In this document: positions 1 to 12,999 of the stretch, piece by piece
Layout: every line of letters begins with the position of its first letter
How positions within the stretch are numbered: position 1 is the stretch's first letter
Assembly: GCF_006345805.1 (NCBI RefSeq)
Contig: NC_042999.1
Span: forward strand, 168,144,001-168,208,000
DNA length: 64,000 bases
From: Octopus sinensis
Taxonomy: Eukaryota
Direction: 5' to 3'
Notes under the pieces: generated by a model
Told to the model about the DNA's origin: nothing
What the model saw: the letters and a program-made list of their open reading frames with translations, nothing else
Database searches by the model: none
Position numbers and translations under genes: made by a program

Positions 1-38
<38 letters not shown>

Positions 39-62
39 TAGACACAGAAAGAGAGAGGGAAG
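1..62. repeat. (GACA)n/(GA)n microsatellite
   Basis: Direct tandem GACA run followed by GA repeats. Confidence 0.95.
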
Positions 63-84
63 AGAAAGAGTCATAGAACAACTG

Positions 85-545
85 ATCTGTGATGGGATAG
101 ATATAGATGAGATGCAGTTTGGCTTCATACCCAGAAGAGATACCAAGGATGCAATCTTCCTGATGAGCCAAGAACTTCTCCTGAAGAGTAAACACTTATT
201 TCTAAGATTCATTGGCTTGGACCAGGCATTTCACATGGCACCACATTATGTAATTTGGTGGTCACTGAAGAAACTAGGTGTAGATAAATAGCTTGTGAGG
301 GCAGTACAAGCTATTTACAAAGAAGCAGTAAATACAGTGAATGTCAACAATGATTTCAGTGACCAATTTAGTGTGAAAGATTCAGTCCTCGGTCCTCTCC
401 TAGAGAATATTTCAGAGGAGTTTTAAGACCTGATATCCCTGGGAATGCCTCTATGCTGACAATCTAATTCTCATGGCTGAATCTATAAGGGAATTAGTGA
501 GGAAATTCCAGGAATTGGAGCCAAATCTAGAACTGAGGTCTAAAA
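85..545 (+). mobile_element. Old degraded RT fragment of the RTE-like LINE family
   Basis: gatgagatgcagtttggcttcatacc (DEMQFGF), tggtggtcactgaagaaactaggtgtagat (WWSL-KLGVD) and ctctatgctgacaatcta (LYADN) are colinear with the 62296-63939 ORF. Many stops and frameshifts. Confidence 0.8.
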
Positions 546-2578
546 GCAATTTTCGTCAGTGTCTGATTCATTTGCTGATACTTTTTCAAGTAGAGTTTCT
601 GTATTTATGTGTGTTGTGATCCTTTTTTAGATTTTAAATTACAGTTTACATCAGATTACAATTGTCATTGATATCTGCTCCTAAACTCATGTTATTTAAT
701 TGTTTCAAATCAAGCATTCATTAAACAACAAAATATAAAGAGCTCCTTCTATAAAATACTTCTAATTTAGGTGAAAAAACAGAAACTGGTTTTTTTATTA
801 TGCAGTAACCTGATTTACTTAAATTATACTGTGGTTATCCCATTTTAAATGCCATAAAAGTGTTGGCTACAGAAAAGGTATCTGGCCATAAAACACTGCT
901 TCAGAAAATCCGTCCAATGCATGTCAGCATGGAAAATTGAATATAAGCTGACAATTATATTTCTTATCTTAATAAAAGAAAACTGAAAAATTATTTTTGG
1001 AAATGAAGAAAACATAAAAAGAACAAAAACTCTAAAGGCTACTAGTTGTAATCTGTATATGACAAGAGAAATGAACCGAAAGTTCAACACAGTTGTCTCT
1101 GCAGGACAAGAAAAATGAACCAGAACACAACATAAGTACTTTTAAGCTGCAACTAGTTAAACATTTCCCTAGCATAAGGGTAAAATAATTCTCAAAAATT
1201 GTTTAGAATGTAAAAATTTTACATTTTATTCTTCTAGTATGCAAAGCTCTTTTCTTTCATAGAAGTATCCTGTTGACATAATGATAAAAGATTCAGAATT
1301 ATCAATCAGACTTTTAAATGTGATAACTCACACACACACAAACATTCTGTGTGAAGATAAACTATAGCAAAAGGTGGGTATGCCAACTACCAACTTATCG
1401 CTTCCAAATATCCCAAAGGTGCAGGAAACCATCATAAACATCAGCTTCCTCTTCATTTTATTGAATCTCAATACTTCTATAAGGAACTCTATAGAACCAC
1501 AGAGCCAAACTTTCTCTTTAATCTGTTGCAAAGCAATAATGTTTAACTACATAACTAATATGGAAAATAATGTTGCTGCTCTTGAAATCAACAAAACTTT
1601 TAGTTGTGTCTGACAAATTTTTGCTTGTGGGTCTCCATCTGTATCACATCTCTTGGACTGGAGATTTACTGTTATGATGTGCCAATGTAACATGCAACAA
1701 GGGAGATTATGTTTTTTGTTTTCAATCCATGCTTTCAATCCAAGATATTCCCAGATGGCTCTAACGCACTTCTGTATACAAAAACGTTTTCCCCGTTACT
1801 TCTAACAACACTTATACCTGTACACCTGATACAATACAACACTTATCTTTAGGCTGCTGGTATTTTCCACTTACAGCCCAGCTTCATCATAATCATCATC
1901 ATCATTTAATGTCCATTTTCCATGCTAACATGAGTTGAACGGTTTGACAGGAGCTAGCAAGCCAGAAGACTGCACCAGGCTTCAGGGTTTTGGCATGATT
2001 TTTACCTCTCATCTCCCAGCATAAAACATCCCCTTCGCTATTTTAGCATCCCTTCCTAACACCAACCACCCAGGAGAGTGGACTCAGTGCTTCTTATGTG
2101 GCACCAGCACTGGCAAGGTCTGTTTTGGCATGGTTTTTACAGCTGGATGCCCTTCCAAATACCAACCACATTACAGTGTGGACTGGATGCTTTTATGTGG
2201 CACCAGCACTGGTGGGGGCACCAATTTCACACAAGAAATACACTGCTTCCTAGAAAACAACACTTAATGGGGGAAATACGAATTACTCTCCCCTAAGAAC
2301 ACCAAAATAAAATTGCTACACATATCAAGAAAATAATCTTATTAATAGAGCCTCTCCACACAGGAACAACACAAAATTAATTCTCATAGAATTGCTATAA
2401 ATACTAGGTTTCCTAATCAATGATTTCTCTCATGGCTATCTCAAATAGACAACACAAGCAAAAAACAGCATCTCAAAAGAATAGGCTCCTTTTCAGGAAC
2501 AGAAAATACTTTAGCACTTCTTAACTTTACAAAATTCAAATGCAAGTTGCATTGAAGTACTACTGCTCACATATTTAA

Positions 2579-2798
2579 CCCTTTAGTATTTAAACTGGCC
2601 ATATCCGGCCAAAATAGTTAATCTGTTTTATGTTCAAACTGGCCAGATCTGGTCTCTCACACCAACCCTACAATATCGTTTTAAAAATTAACAGCTACCT
2701 CATCAAAATCTCACAGCTCCAAGATAATGCATGATTAATTCAAAACGATGTAGATGAAGAAGCATTAATTTTGGCAGAATAATGCGAACACTAAAGGG
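2579..2798. mobile_element. TTAA-flanked MITE (piggyBac-type termini)
   Basis: TTAA|CCCTTTAGT...ACTAAAGGG|TTAA. Confidence 0.8.
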
Positions 2799-3193
2799 TT
2801 AAGACAGTGTTAAGTCTGCACATATAGATATCCTAGCCTGCTGCCAAAGGAAGGACAGGTCTGATCAGTAAAGACTCATTCACATATCACAATTACTGAT
2901 AGACACATATTTTGTTTTTTGCTGCTGTTGTTACCTCTGTTGTTTCTGAACAAACAAGCTGCATACCTCCTTCCTCTACAACAGCCAACACACAACACAT
3001 TTATCACTTCTTCCTTCTTGGCCATACCTCCTCCATAACAACCGACCCAACTCTATCCTTCCTTCCACTTCTAATCATTCCCTTCTCTCTCTTACACTTC
3101 ATTGCTCTTCATAACTGCAGCCCCAACCTGTATCAATCGGATCAGTTTTTGCCAGGCTTACACAAAGAATGCCAGGACTTGTCTTTCTGTATT

Positions 3194-3557
3194 TCATCAT
3201 CATCATCATCATCGTTTAACGTCCGTTCTCCATGCTAGCATGGGTTGGACGGTTCGACCGGGGTCTGGGAAGCCAGGGGCTGCACCAGGCTCCAGTCTGA
3301 TCTGGCAGTGTTTCTACAGCTGGATGCCCTTCCTAACGCCAACCACTCCGCGAGTGTAGTGGGTGCTTTTTACATGCCACCTGCACAGGTGCCAGGGGGG
3401 CCCGGCATCGGCCACGATCGGTTGGAGCTTTTAACGTGTCACTGGCACGGAAGCCAGCCAAGGTGGCGCTGGCAACGGCCACGTTTGGATGGTGCTTTTT
3501 ATATGCCACCGGCACAGAAGCCAGTCGGGGCGGCGCTGGCATCAACCACGTTCGATC
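3194..3557 (-). mobile_element. 5'-truncated copy (3'UTR) of the RTE-like LINE
   Basis: (CAT)n tail followed by cgtttaacgtccgttctccatgctagcatgggttggacgg. The internal gtgccaccggcac repeats match the 3'UTR attached to the RT ORF at 61916-62295. A degraded copy lies at ~1890-2230. Confidence 0.85.
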
Positions 3558-3933
3558 TAACTAATAAAATTATTGGAAACAATCAATAGTATTATAATGG
3601 TAAAGGTAATTTTTCATACTTTAATAAAAAGCAACACTTATTACAAGGTGAAAACTGTACAGATAATATCAAACCAAACTATGTAGTTATTACATAGTTT
3701 TTAATTTTACATTTCTAAGTACAAATCCTAACAGAAATAATTTTTAAAAAATGACATGGAAGAATTGATTCAATCGATTACACACTCTCTTCCAACTCAC
3801 AAAATTGTTTTTGTTCCAACTCAAAAGAAATCATTATTATACATTCATCTTAAAACAATCATATTGATTCTGTTCAACCTGGTCAGCATGAAATGGAGGA
3901 CTGTTAGAGCAATGGGAAAATGAAGCTAATATA

Positions 3934-4332
3934 TCTTCTTTATATATAAAAGTAAGGTTGTGTGTCTGTCTACTCCGATTTAGATTCCTAACTACTCCCA
4001 CATTTGGCGGTGCAGTTTAACCAAAGCTGGGTATCTTATAGTCGTGATTCATATCGAGCCCTTCTGGGTATTAGCGAGCGTCTACGATGAGTCTATGATT
4101 TTTAAAATAATTTACCATCATTTTTTTCCATTTTAATGCATATTTTTTTTAAATATAAGGAAAGTAACTCTCTAAAAATGTCTACGATGAGTCAACGATT
4201 TTAAAAAAAATTTACCATCATATTTTTTCCATTTTTAATGCATTTTTTTGCTATTTTTTGGCTATAACTCTCTAAAAATGCTTTATAGTTATTTCCCTTA
4301 CAAACCTGAGCAACGCCGGGCGATACTGCTAG
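3934..4332 (+). mobile_element. Non-autonomous Helitron, copy 1 of a tandem pair
   Basis: Starts A|TCTTCTTTATATATAAAAG. Ends cctgagcaacgccgggcgatactgCTAG|T (GC hairpin followed by CTAG). Confidence 0.8.
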
Positions 4333-4729
4333 TTATATATAAAAGTGAGGTTGCGTGCTGTCTGTCTCCTACGATTTAGATTCCTAACTACTCCCACATT
4401 TGGCAGTGCAGTTTAACCAAAACCGGGTATCTTATAGTCGTGATTCATATCAAGCTCTTCTGGGTATTAGCGCGTGTCTACGATGAGTCTACGATTTAAA
4501 AAAAAATTTACCATCAATTTTTCCCATTTTTAATGCATTTTTGGCATATATAAGGGAAGTAACTCTCTAAAAAATTATTATTAAATCTCAGCACATAAAA
4601 AGCTACAGTAACACCCCCCCCCCCTTTGTGGTTATCCATATTGAGATGGCTATTATACTTTACATCTCTAAAAATGCTTATATAGTTATTTCCCTTACAA
4701 ACCCGAGCAACGCCGGGCGATACTGCTAG
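4333..4729 (+). mobile_element. Non-autonomous Helitron, copy 2 (head-to-tail)
   Basis: Colinear with 3934-4332. Ends acccgagcaacgccgggcgatactgCTAG|T. Confidence 0.8.
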
Positions 4730-4976
4730 TATGTTATATTTAAATTATCACATTATTACATATGATATATAGTAGCCAGATGATACTACAAGATTTATTA
4801 AGATTGAACACTTAACTCAATTAGAGATGAAAAAATAATTGGATGAGTTGGAAGAAGAAATAACAGAGACATATATTAATAGCTAGAAATAAGAGGTATG
4901 CTAACATTGCACTTTGTGAGAATAAAGAAGGACTTTAAACAAGAGGGAAAATTAGGACAATTTTGGAGAGACATAA

Positions 4977-5400
4977 TCTCTATATATATAAAACTGAGAA
5001 TGTGTGTCTGTGTGTTTCCCTAAAACTTGAGAACTACACAACCAATTTCATTCAAATTTTACACGTGCCTTACTTAGGGTCCACGTAGTTTCATGGGCCA
5101 AAAAAATGTTCAACTTCTTGCCTAGCGCGAGCCCATAGCAATATCATATCTTCTCCACTATTTCAGTATTACATGTTAAAAGTGAAACAAAAACATTTCT
5201 CTATTTTATGTCAGATACTTTCATTTTAACAATAAAAATTAGAGATAATAATAACAATTGAATTATATGTAGTAAGTAATAATTAAAATCAAACCAAAGT
5301 ATAATATAATCATAACATAACAAAAGTAAAAATAGCAATTGGTATAAAATTGCATCAATGACTTGAACTTGAATAAGTGGTTTCACATGAATGAGAATAA
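4977..5400 (+). mobile_element. Helitron 5' end, duplicate copy A
   Basis: A|TCTCTATATATATAAAACTGAGAATGTGTGTC, colinear with 5586-6075. No 3' CTAG end seen. Confidence 0.7.
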
Positions 5401-6611
5401 ATTAAAAATAAAATTAGTGTGCAGAAATGGAATAGTCCAGATGGAGCTGTACACATACTGTTTACCACGGCTTTTACATTAGATTATCTGCTAATTAGCT
5501 AGCATTAAGTATCTATATGAAGTTTGGTGTATGTAATGTCTGTTTTCTTGAACAGCCGCTTCTACTGAGTACTGCTGTTGGTTTATCTCTCTATATATAA
5601 AACTGAGAATGTCTGTCTGTGTGTCTGTTTCCCTAAAACTTGAGACACAATCAATTTCATTCAAATTTTACACATGCCTTACTTAAGGTCCGGGGAGTGT
5701 CATCAGCAAAAAAAATTTTAACTTTTTCCCTAGGGCAACCCCACAGCAATATCATATCTTCTCCACTATTTCAGTATTACGTGTTAAAAGTGAAACAAAA
5801 ACATCTCTCTATTGTAATGCAGACACTTTCATTTTAATACTGAAACTATTAAAGTGAAAGTATTATATAACAGGGATGAACCATTAACAGTGGTCATCCA
5901 TTTTGCTAGAAGATTTGCTATTGTCTTATATGCTACACCACTGGTTTTCAATTCATATTAATCAAATTAATATTCAATATTTCACCCTTATTGTGTGTGT
6001 GTGTGTGTATTAGCAATTCGTATAAAATTGCATCAATGACTTGAACTTGAATAAGTGGTTTCACATAAATGGGGATAAATTAAAAAGGTTTGTTGTTATT
6101 ATTATTACTGTTTGACTATTGTAATCACGTTTGTTGGTTCCTCGTCAGGGAAACGTTGTTGTGTTGCATTTGTTATATAATTGTAAACCGTAACCCTCCC
6201 CCTTTCAGAGAAGGGGTTTTGGTTATTGTTTAAAAATTGAATTGTGTCCCTGTTTGGGGAAATTGACAATATTTTCACCGTCTTTATGGAAGCATTTTTC
6301 TTAAAATGCCTTTGATAGAAGAAAGTCCAAAAATGAATTTCGCTGCAGCCGTACACTTCTATACAAGAGGGAGGACAAGATCCAATTGATCGAAATTGCA
6401 AGAGACGGGCCTACAATTCCAGTCTGTTATATATTTTGAGTATTGTTATCACTAGCGATATCAAGATATAACTTTGTATTTTGTATTTTAGGTGTAGATG
6501 TATATATATAGATGTACATGTAATATGTACACATATATACACATATATACATGCATAATATATCTACCCATACACACATACGCACACGCACACACACACA
6601 CACATACATAG

Positions 6612-6740
6612 GGGCAGGTGTGGCTGTGTGGTAACAAACTACGTACCAAACACATGGTCCTGGGTTCAGTCCCACTGTGTGGTGACTTGGCATGTGTCTT
6701 CTGCTGTAGCCTCAGACCAACAAAAGCCTTCTCAGTGGAT
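6612..6740 (+). mobile_element. tRNA-derived SINE family A, 5' fragment
   Basis: ggcaggtgtggctgtgtggtaa...ggttcagtcccactgtgtgg matches the head of 43919-44346. Confidence 0.8.
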
Positions 6741-6745
6741 TTTGT

Positions 6746-9700
6746 ATCACTTGCTCTTTCTGCAATGCTAAGAAGTGGTCAAGAGAAACTCCTGCAATGT
6801 GTTGCGCTAATGGAAAAGTTAACCTCACTCCACTGCAGGATCCACCACAGCTCTTAAAGTCACTCTATGCTGGCACAACTACAGAGTCGAAGCATTTCCT
6901 GAATAACATCCGGAAGTACAATTGTGCATTCCAAATGACATCTTTCGGCGCTAATGTTGTTCACGAAGGCGGGTTTATGCCAACTTTCAAAGTGCAGGGA
7001 CAGGTTTACCATAGGATAGGATCACTCGAACCTGCTGAAAATCAAGATCCTCAATTCCTTCAACTGTACTTTGTAGGTAATTTACATGAACAAGCCACCC
7101 AACGAAATTCCATTTCCACAGGTACTTTCACTTGATAATGCAACTGCAAGACCTTTTGCACCAGAAAAACAGCTACGTACGCAGCTTCAAGTATACCTTG
7201 AAAACAGAAGATTCATCAAATTTTAATGTTATCATTGATGCCCAGAAAAGACCATCTAGGGAACATGCAGGCCGTTACAATGCACCCACATACAATGAAA
7301 TAGCTGTACTCCTTCACGGTGAACAGCACAATCCCAGAGACATTGTCCTCAGGCGATGTGACACCACCCTCCAGCGAATTAGTGAAACACACAGATCATA
7401 CGATTCACTCCAATACCCACTTCTGTTTGTTAACGGTGAGGATGGCTACCACATCGGTCTACTACAGTAACATCCTCAAAATCTTAATGAAGATCTCAAC
7501 AAGCCAATATCCTGCATGAACTTCTACTCAAACAGATTTATGACCCAAAACAACCGCTGTAATCACCTCCACCAGTCTCGAGAGATGTTTCATCAATTTG
7601 CAGTCGATATGTGCGCAAAAATGGAATCAGAGAGATTGTGTTTCATCAGGTTACATAAAAAAAAAATTGCAATCTGACAGCTACATCCATCTCCGAGATG
7701 CTATCAACAATGATGCTGCTCCAACAAACATAGGAATACTTTGCATCTTGTCTTCTACATTCACTGGAAGTCCCCGATACATGCATGAAAGAACACAGGA
7801 TGCAATGACCTTTGTCCGCCATTACGGCAGGCCTGACCTATTCATAACTTTCACATGCAATCCCAAGTGGAAGGAGATTCAGGCCAAACTCTTCTTCGGT
7901 CAAAAGCCTAAAGACAGGCATGACCTCCTCGCCCGAGTTTTCCATCTGAAGTTAATCTCTCTCATGGAGCTCATACAATGTGACATGTACACAATCGAGT
8001 GGCAAAAAAGGGGCCTTCTACATGCTCATATCCTGCTTTGGTTCTCAGCAAAGATCAATTCCAATGACATCGACAAGATAATCCCTGCAGAGCTTCCTGA
8101 TCCAGCTTTAGACAAAGAACTATACGAAATAGTTAAAGCAAACATGGTACATGGTCCATGTGGGCGTGGATTCAACATAAACACACCATGCTTGAAGGAC
8201 AGCATATGTTCAAAAAGATTTCCAAGGAGGTTACTACAAGAAACTCAGACAGGTGCTGATGGATATCCATCATACAGACGCAGAAAACCTGAAGACGGAG
8301 GTTTCACAGCAACTATCAGACAGCACGAGGTTGATAATAGATGGATTGTTCCATACTGCCCACTCCTGTCAAAGACTTTCAATGCCCACATCAACGTTGA
8401 GTTTTGCAACTCCGTTAAATCCATCAAGTACATTTGCAAATATGTAAACAAGGGTTCTGACGCTGCAATGTTTGGACTTCAACAAGAATACTGCCAGGAT
8501 GAGGTGACGCATTATCAGGTGGGACGGTACATAAGTAGCAACGAGGCTTTCTGGCGCATCTTTGGCTTTCCAATTCACCAACGACACCCCGCCATTCAAC
8601 AGCTTGCAGTGCACCTGGAAAATGGTCAAAGAGTGTACTTCACCGATGCTAATGCTTCTCTGTTGGCAGAGGAACCAAGGGATAGCACACTCACTGCATT
8701 CTTCAAGCTTTGTCAAGTGGATCCATTCACTCAAACCTTGCTGTATCCACAGATTCCATCATACTACACTTGGAATGGAAAAAAATGGGCCCCACGGAAA
8801 GCAGGTCAAAATGTTCATGGATACCCTGGCATTAAGTTTCAGACTTGCCTTGGGCGAGTATATACAGTGCATCCCACTCAGCAAGAGTGCTTCTACCTTC
8901 GTCTACTACTGCATGAGGTCAGAGAGCCAACGTCTTTCCAGGCCCTAAAAACCGCTCATGGACATGTCTGCACAACATACAGAGAAGCCTGCTATCGACA
9001 AGGTCTGTTAGAAGATGGTGCATAATGGGGTGCAACTTTAGGAGAGGCTGCTTTATCACAATCACCTAAACGTCTCAGGGCACTATTTGCAGTATTACTA
9101 CAGGCATGCGAACTGTGTGATCCGGCCACTCTATGGCTCAAATATAGAGACAACCTGGCTGAAGACTTTCCGCGCCAAGCTCAACTGCTCTATCCTGACA
9201 TGGAGGGTATCAGCAATGAAATCTATAACAAAACACTAATTGACATTGAAGACAGAATTGCTAAACTGGGTGGAAATGAATTGTCGACGTATGGCCTGCC
9301 ACAAGCATTCAGGTCAGGGTCAAATAGCCTTCCCACTGCTGCCATTCGTGAAACAACCTACGACGCTCAAGCGCTTTCAAAGTACATTGTTGAAAATGAG
9401 CCTAAATTACTTCCAGACCAGCTGCAGGCCTACAGAACTATTCTTAACAGTGTACGCCAACGCGAAGGACGAATCTTCTTCCTCGATGCTCCTGGAGGGA
9501 CAGGAAAAACATTTATTACAAAGCTTCTCCTTGCAGAAGTTAGGCAGCATCAGGACATTGCAGTAGCTGTAGCCTCCTCTGGCATTGAAGCTACTTTGTT
9601 ACCCGATGGCAGGAGAGCACACTCAACTTTTAAACTCCCTCTCAATTTAGCAGCATCCGAAATGCTTTCATGCAACATCAACAAAAGCTCAGATCAGGGA

Positions 9701-10771
9701 CAAGTGCTTAAAATGTGTCATCTAATTGTCTGGGATGGATGCAATATGGCTCACAAGGGAGCTTTGGAAGCATTAGATAGAGCCCTGAAAGACATCTGAA
9801 ACTGTCAGGCTCTAATGGGAGGTGTAACGCTTCTGTTGTCAGGTGATTTCAGGCAAACTCTTCCTGTCATTCCGAAAGGCACTAGAGCAGATGAAGTCCA
9901 AGCATGCCTAAAGTCCTCTACCCTGTGGAATCATGTTACAATCCTCAGTCTCGCCACTAACATGAGAGCTCAGCTACACGGCAACAAAATGTCCACAAAG
10001 TTTGCACAGGACATTTTGACACTTGCTGAAGGCAAGATGCCTCTCGATGCTGCAGGACAAATGGAAGTGTGGTCATTTTCCTCCATTGTTAATTCTGTAG
10101 ATGACCTCAAAAACAAAGTCTTTCCCAACTTCACACAAAACTACCAAAATCACAATTGGCTGTGTGAAAGAGCAATATTAGCTCCAAAAAACGTCGCTGT
10201 TAACAAAATTAATCAACAGCTAATGCATTCTCTTCCCAGCACTATACACACTTACAAGTCTGTTGATACAATTCCAGATATAAATGAAGTTGTGAACTAT
10301 CCTTCTGAATTTCTCAATTCACTGGAGCCTCCTGGACTACCCCCACACATATTAGCACTTAAAGTTGGAACTCCTGTAATGCTACTCCGCAATCTGGAAC
10401 CACCAAGACTTTGCAATGGAACACGACTGGTGATAAAGAAAATGATGTCACACGTTATCGAGGCAATCATTCTTTCTGGATGTGGAAAAGGTGATGACGT
10501 CTTTATTCCAAGAATTCCTCTTACTCCATCAGGAGCAGAAATTCCATTTACATTCAGAAGACTGCAATTCCCCCTTCGTGTCAGCTTTGCCATGTCCATT
10601 AACAAATCTCAGGGTCAAACCCTCTCTGTAGCTTGTCTTCTCTTGGAAGAGCCCTGCTTCTCGCATGGGCAACTGTATGTTGGCTGCTCAAGAGTAGGAA
10701 CCAACAGAAACCTTTTTGTATATGCTCCACAAGGAAAAACAAGGAACATAGTTTACAACGAGGTGTTATAA
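6746..10771 (+). pseudogene. Helitron RepHel (HUH endonuclease + PIF1-like SF1 helicase), disrupted
   Basis: Rep motifs PDLFITFTCNPKW, YTIEWQKRGLLHAHILLW (HUH) and KYICKYVNKG (Y2). Helicase motifs FFLDAPGGTGKTF, LSGDFRQTLPV, FAMSINKSQGQTL and FSHGQLYVGCSRV. Split into at least 5 ORFs; Walker B reads WDG instead of WDE; TGA stop at 9797-9799. Confidence 0.95.
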
Positions 10772-10946
10772 TCTCAACAGCCAGGAGGTATATACATGAT
10801 TCCCTTTTTTTTAACAAACTTCATGTACTTTCATGTATTTATATTAATATACATATATAAGTGTGTGTGTATCCATATATATATATAATAGAAAAGTCTA
10901 ATTCTTCAATTGAATGTAACCGGGCAACGCCAGGTATCTCTGCTAG

Positions 10947-11926
10947 TTTCTTATACATAAAGGACTATAGCTTCAACTGTGTACTGCTTTTTGATTCACC
11001 ATAAGGTTTGTTATTATTATTATTACTGTTTAACTATTGTTATCACGTTTGTTGGTTCCTCGTAAGAGAAACGTTGTTGTGTTGCATTTGTTAAATAATT
11101 GTAAACTGTAACCCTCCCCCTTTGGGAGAAGGAGCTTTGGTTATTGTTTAAAAATTGAATTGTGTCCCTGTTTGGGGAAATTGACAATATTTTCACCGTT
11201 TATACGGAAGCATTTTTGTTAGAATGCCTTTGATAGAAGAGTGTCCAAAAAATGAATTTCGCTGCAGTCGTCAGCGGGCGCGAACTCATTAAAATTAAAA
11301 TGGAAGAAATACAAACCTATTTCGGATTGATCACCGACAAAGACGGTGAATCTAGGATAACACCACCAAATGAAATAAAAAATTAAATTAAAAAAAAGAC
11401 TATGGTCTATAAAGTATACAATGTAGAGAAAAAAAGATTTGAACACCTGGAGGAAAGCACCATCGAAAAGTGTCTTGGTGCGCCTATGAAAGATATCTAA
11501 CCAGAGGCGGTAAATTCGCCACAATAGAAGGTTCGAGTCAACGGAGTGTGCAAGGGAGTACTCGACTCGAACCTTGCAAAGTGGAAATATTTTATTTTTA
11601 CCTTTATATCTGGGACGTAGGACGTCCCGGATAAAAATTTTAAATGTTCCCCCCAGAAGTAGAGGTAGGCTGGATTATAGCCACACTTCTATACAAGAGG
11701 GAGGACAAGATACAATTGATCGAAATTGCAAGAGACGGGCCTACAATTCGAGTCTGTTATATATTTTGAGTATTGTTATCACTAGCGATATCAAGATATA
11801 ACTTTGTATTTTGTATTTTATGTGTAGATGTATGTATATAGATGTACATGTAATATGTACACATATATATACACATATATACATGCATTAGCACTATGAC
11901 CCGTCGTTGCCGGGTCATAATGCTAG
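10947..11926 (+). mobile_element. Non-autonomous Helitron-like element X; internally deleted, truncated second copy at 6085-6556
   Basis: Begins ttcttatacataaagg directly after the Helitron CTAG. Ends in a long hairpin followed by tgCTAG|T. Segments 11003-11268 and ~11683-11888 duplicate 6085-6556. Confidence 0.65.
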
Positions 11927-12999
11927 TTTGAAATAATTTAATCACACCCTTAGTGAATAAATAAAAAAAAAGGTGCATGAAAGTATTACTATGAGAGACT
12001 AAACAAAATATACAAAGAGACAAAGAGTGTTAATTCACATTGGACCCACAAGAAACAGTTGTGGGGTGCTAGATGTAGTGATGACAAAATGGATAGGGTG
12101 TAAAGTAAGTAAGGCTACAAAAAGATGGTTGCTGCAAGATGATTATTATATTAGCCACTTACTAATCTAATGAGATTATGTAAGGCATTATCCCTGATAG
12201 CCAGTTAATACAACAGTTATAGCAGGTATGCATTAGACTGAAAGAAATTGCAAGTTTCAAACTAAATGTCTAAGTTATGAAGGTGATAAAGTCTTAAATT
12301 AATAGGTAATGAAAGTGGAGAGGATAAGATGATACTACAAGATTCATTAAGATTGAGCACTTAACTAAATTAGAGATGAAAAAATAATTGGATGAGTTGG
12401 AAGAAGAAATAACAGAGACATATATTAATAGCTAGAAATAAGAGGTATGCTAACATTGCACTTTGTGAGAATAAAGAAGGACTTTAAACAAGAGATATAG
12501 AATATATGTCAATATACTGGTTTCAAATTTTGGCACAAAACTAGCAAGTCCAGGGGAGGGGATAAATCATTTATATTGACCCCAGGGATCAAATAGTACT
12601 TATTTTATTGAACCTGTAAAGATGAAAGGCAAAGTCAATCATAGCAGCATTTGAACACAGAATGTAAAGATGGTGTTAATGACGCTAAGCATTTTGCCAG
12701 TATGCTCATGATTCTGCCAATTTGCTGCCTTAACGATGAGTCAATATATTGACTTGCCATTTTTGAATAAATTTGAAGGAAAGGACAATTTCTTCAAAAG
12801 AATACAATTTTTTTCTTTTTAGCCTACTGAGATCTAGATATTTTTTCCAGAATTCTGTATTCTTTTTATATAAGGCTAGAATGCTTCCATTATACTTTAA
12901 ATTACCTGCATCTATAGGTCCTATCTCCGAAAAGATGAAACATGAAGTAAGGTCCATTTGGGAATAGAATGTAAAAAGGGAATGGAACTGATTTCCTTG

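Larger units (their letters stand above)
5586..10946 (+). mobile_element. Helitron (autonomous type, inactivated)
   Basis: 5' A|TCTCTCTATATATAAAACTGAG; internal RepHel coding remnant; 3' hairpin ACCGGGCAACGCCAGGT (10919-10935) then CTAG|T at 10943-10947. The assignment of the 5' end across the 6085-6745 insertions is inferred. Confidence 0.8.
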
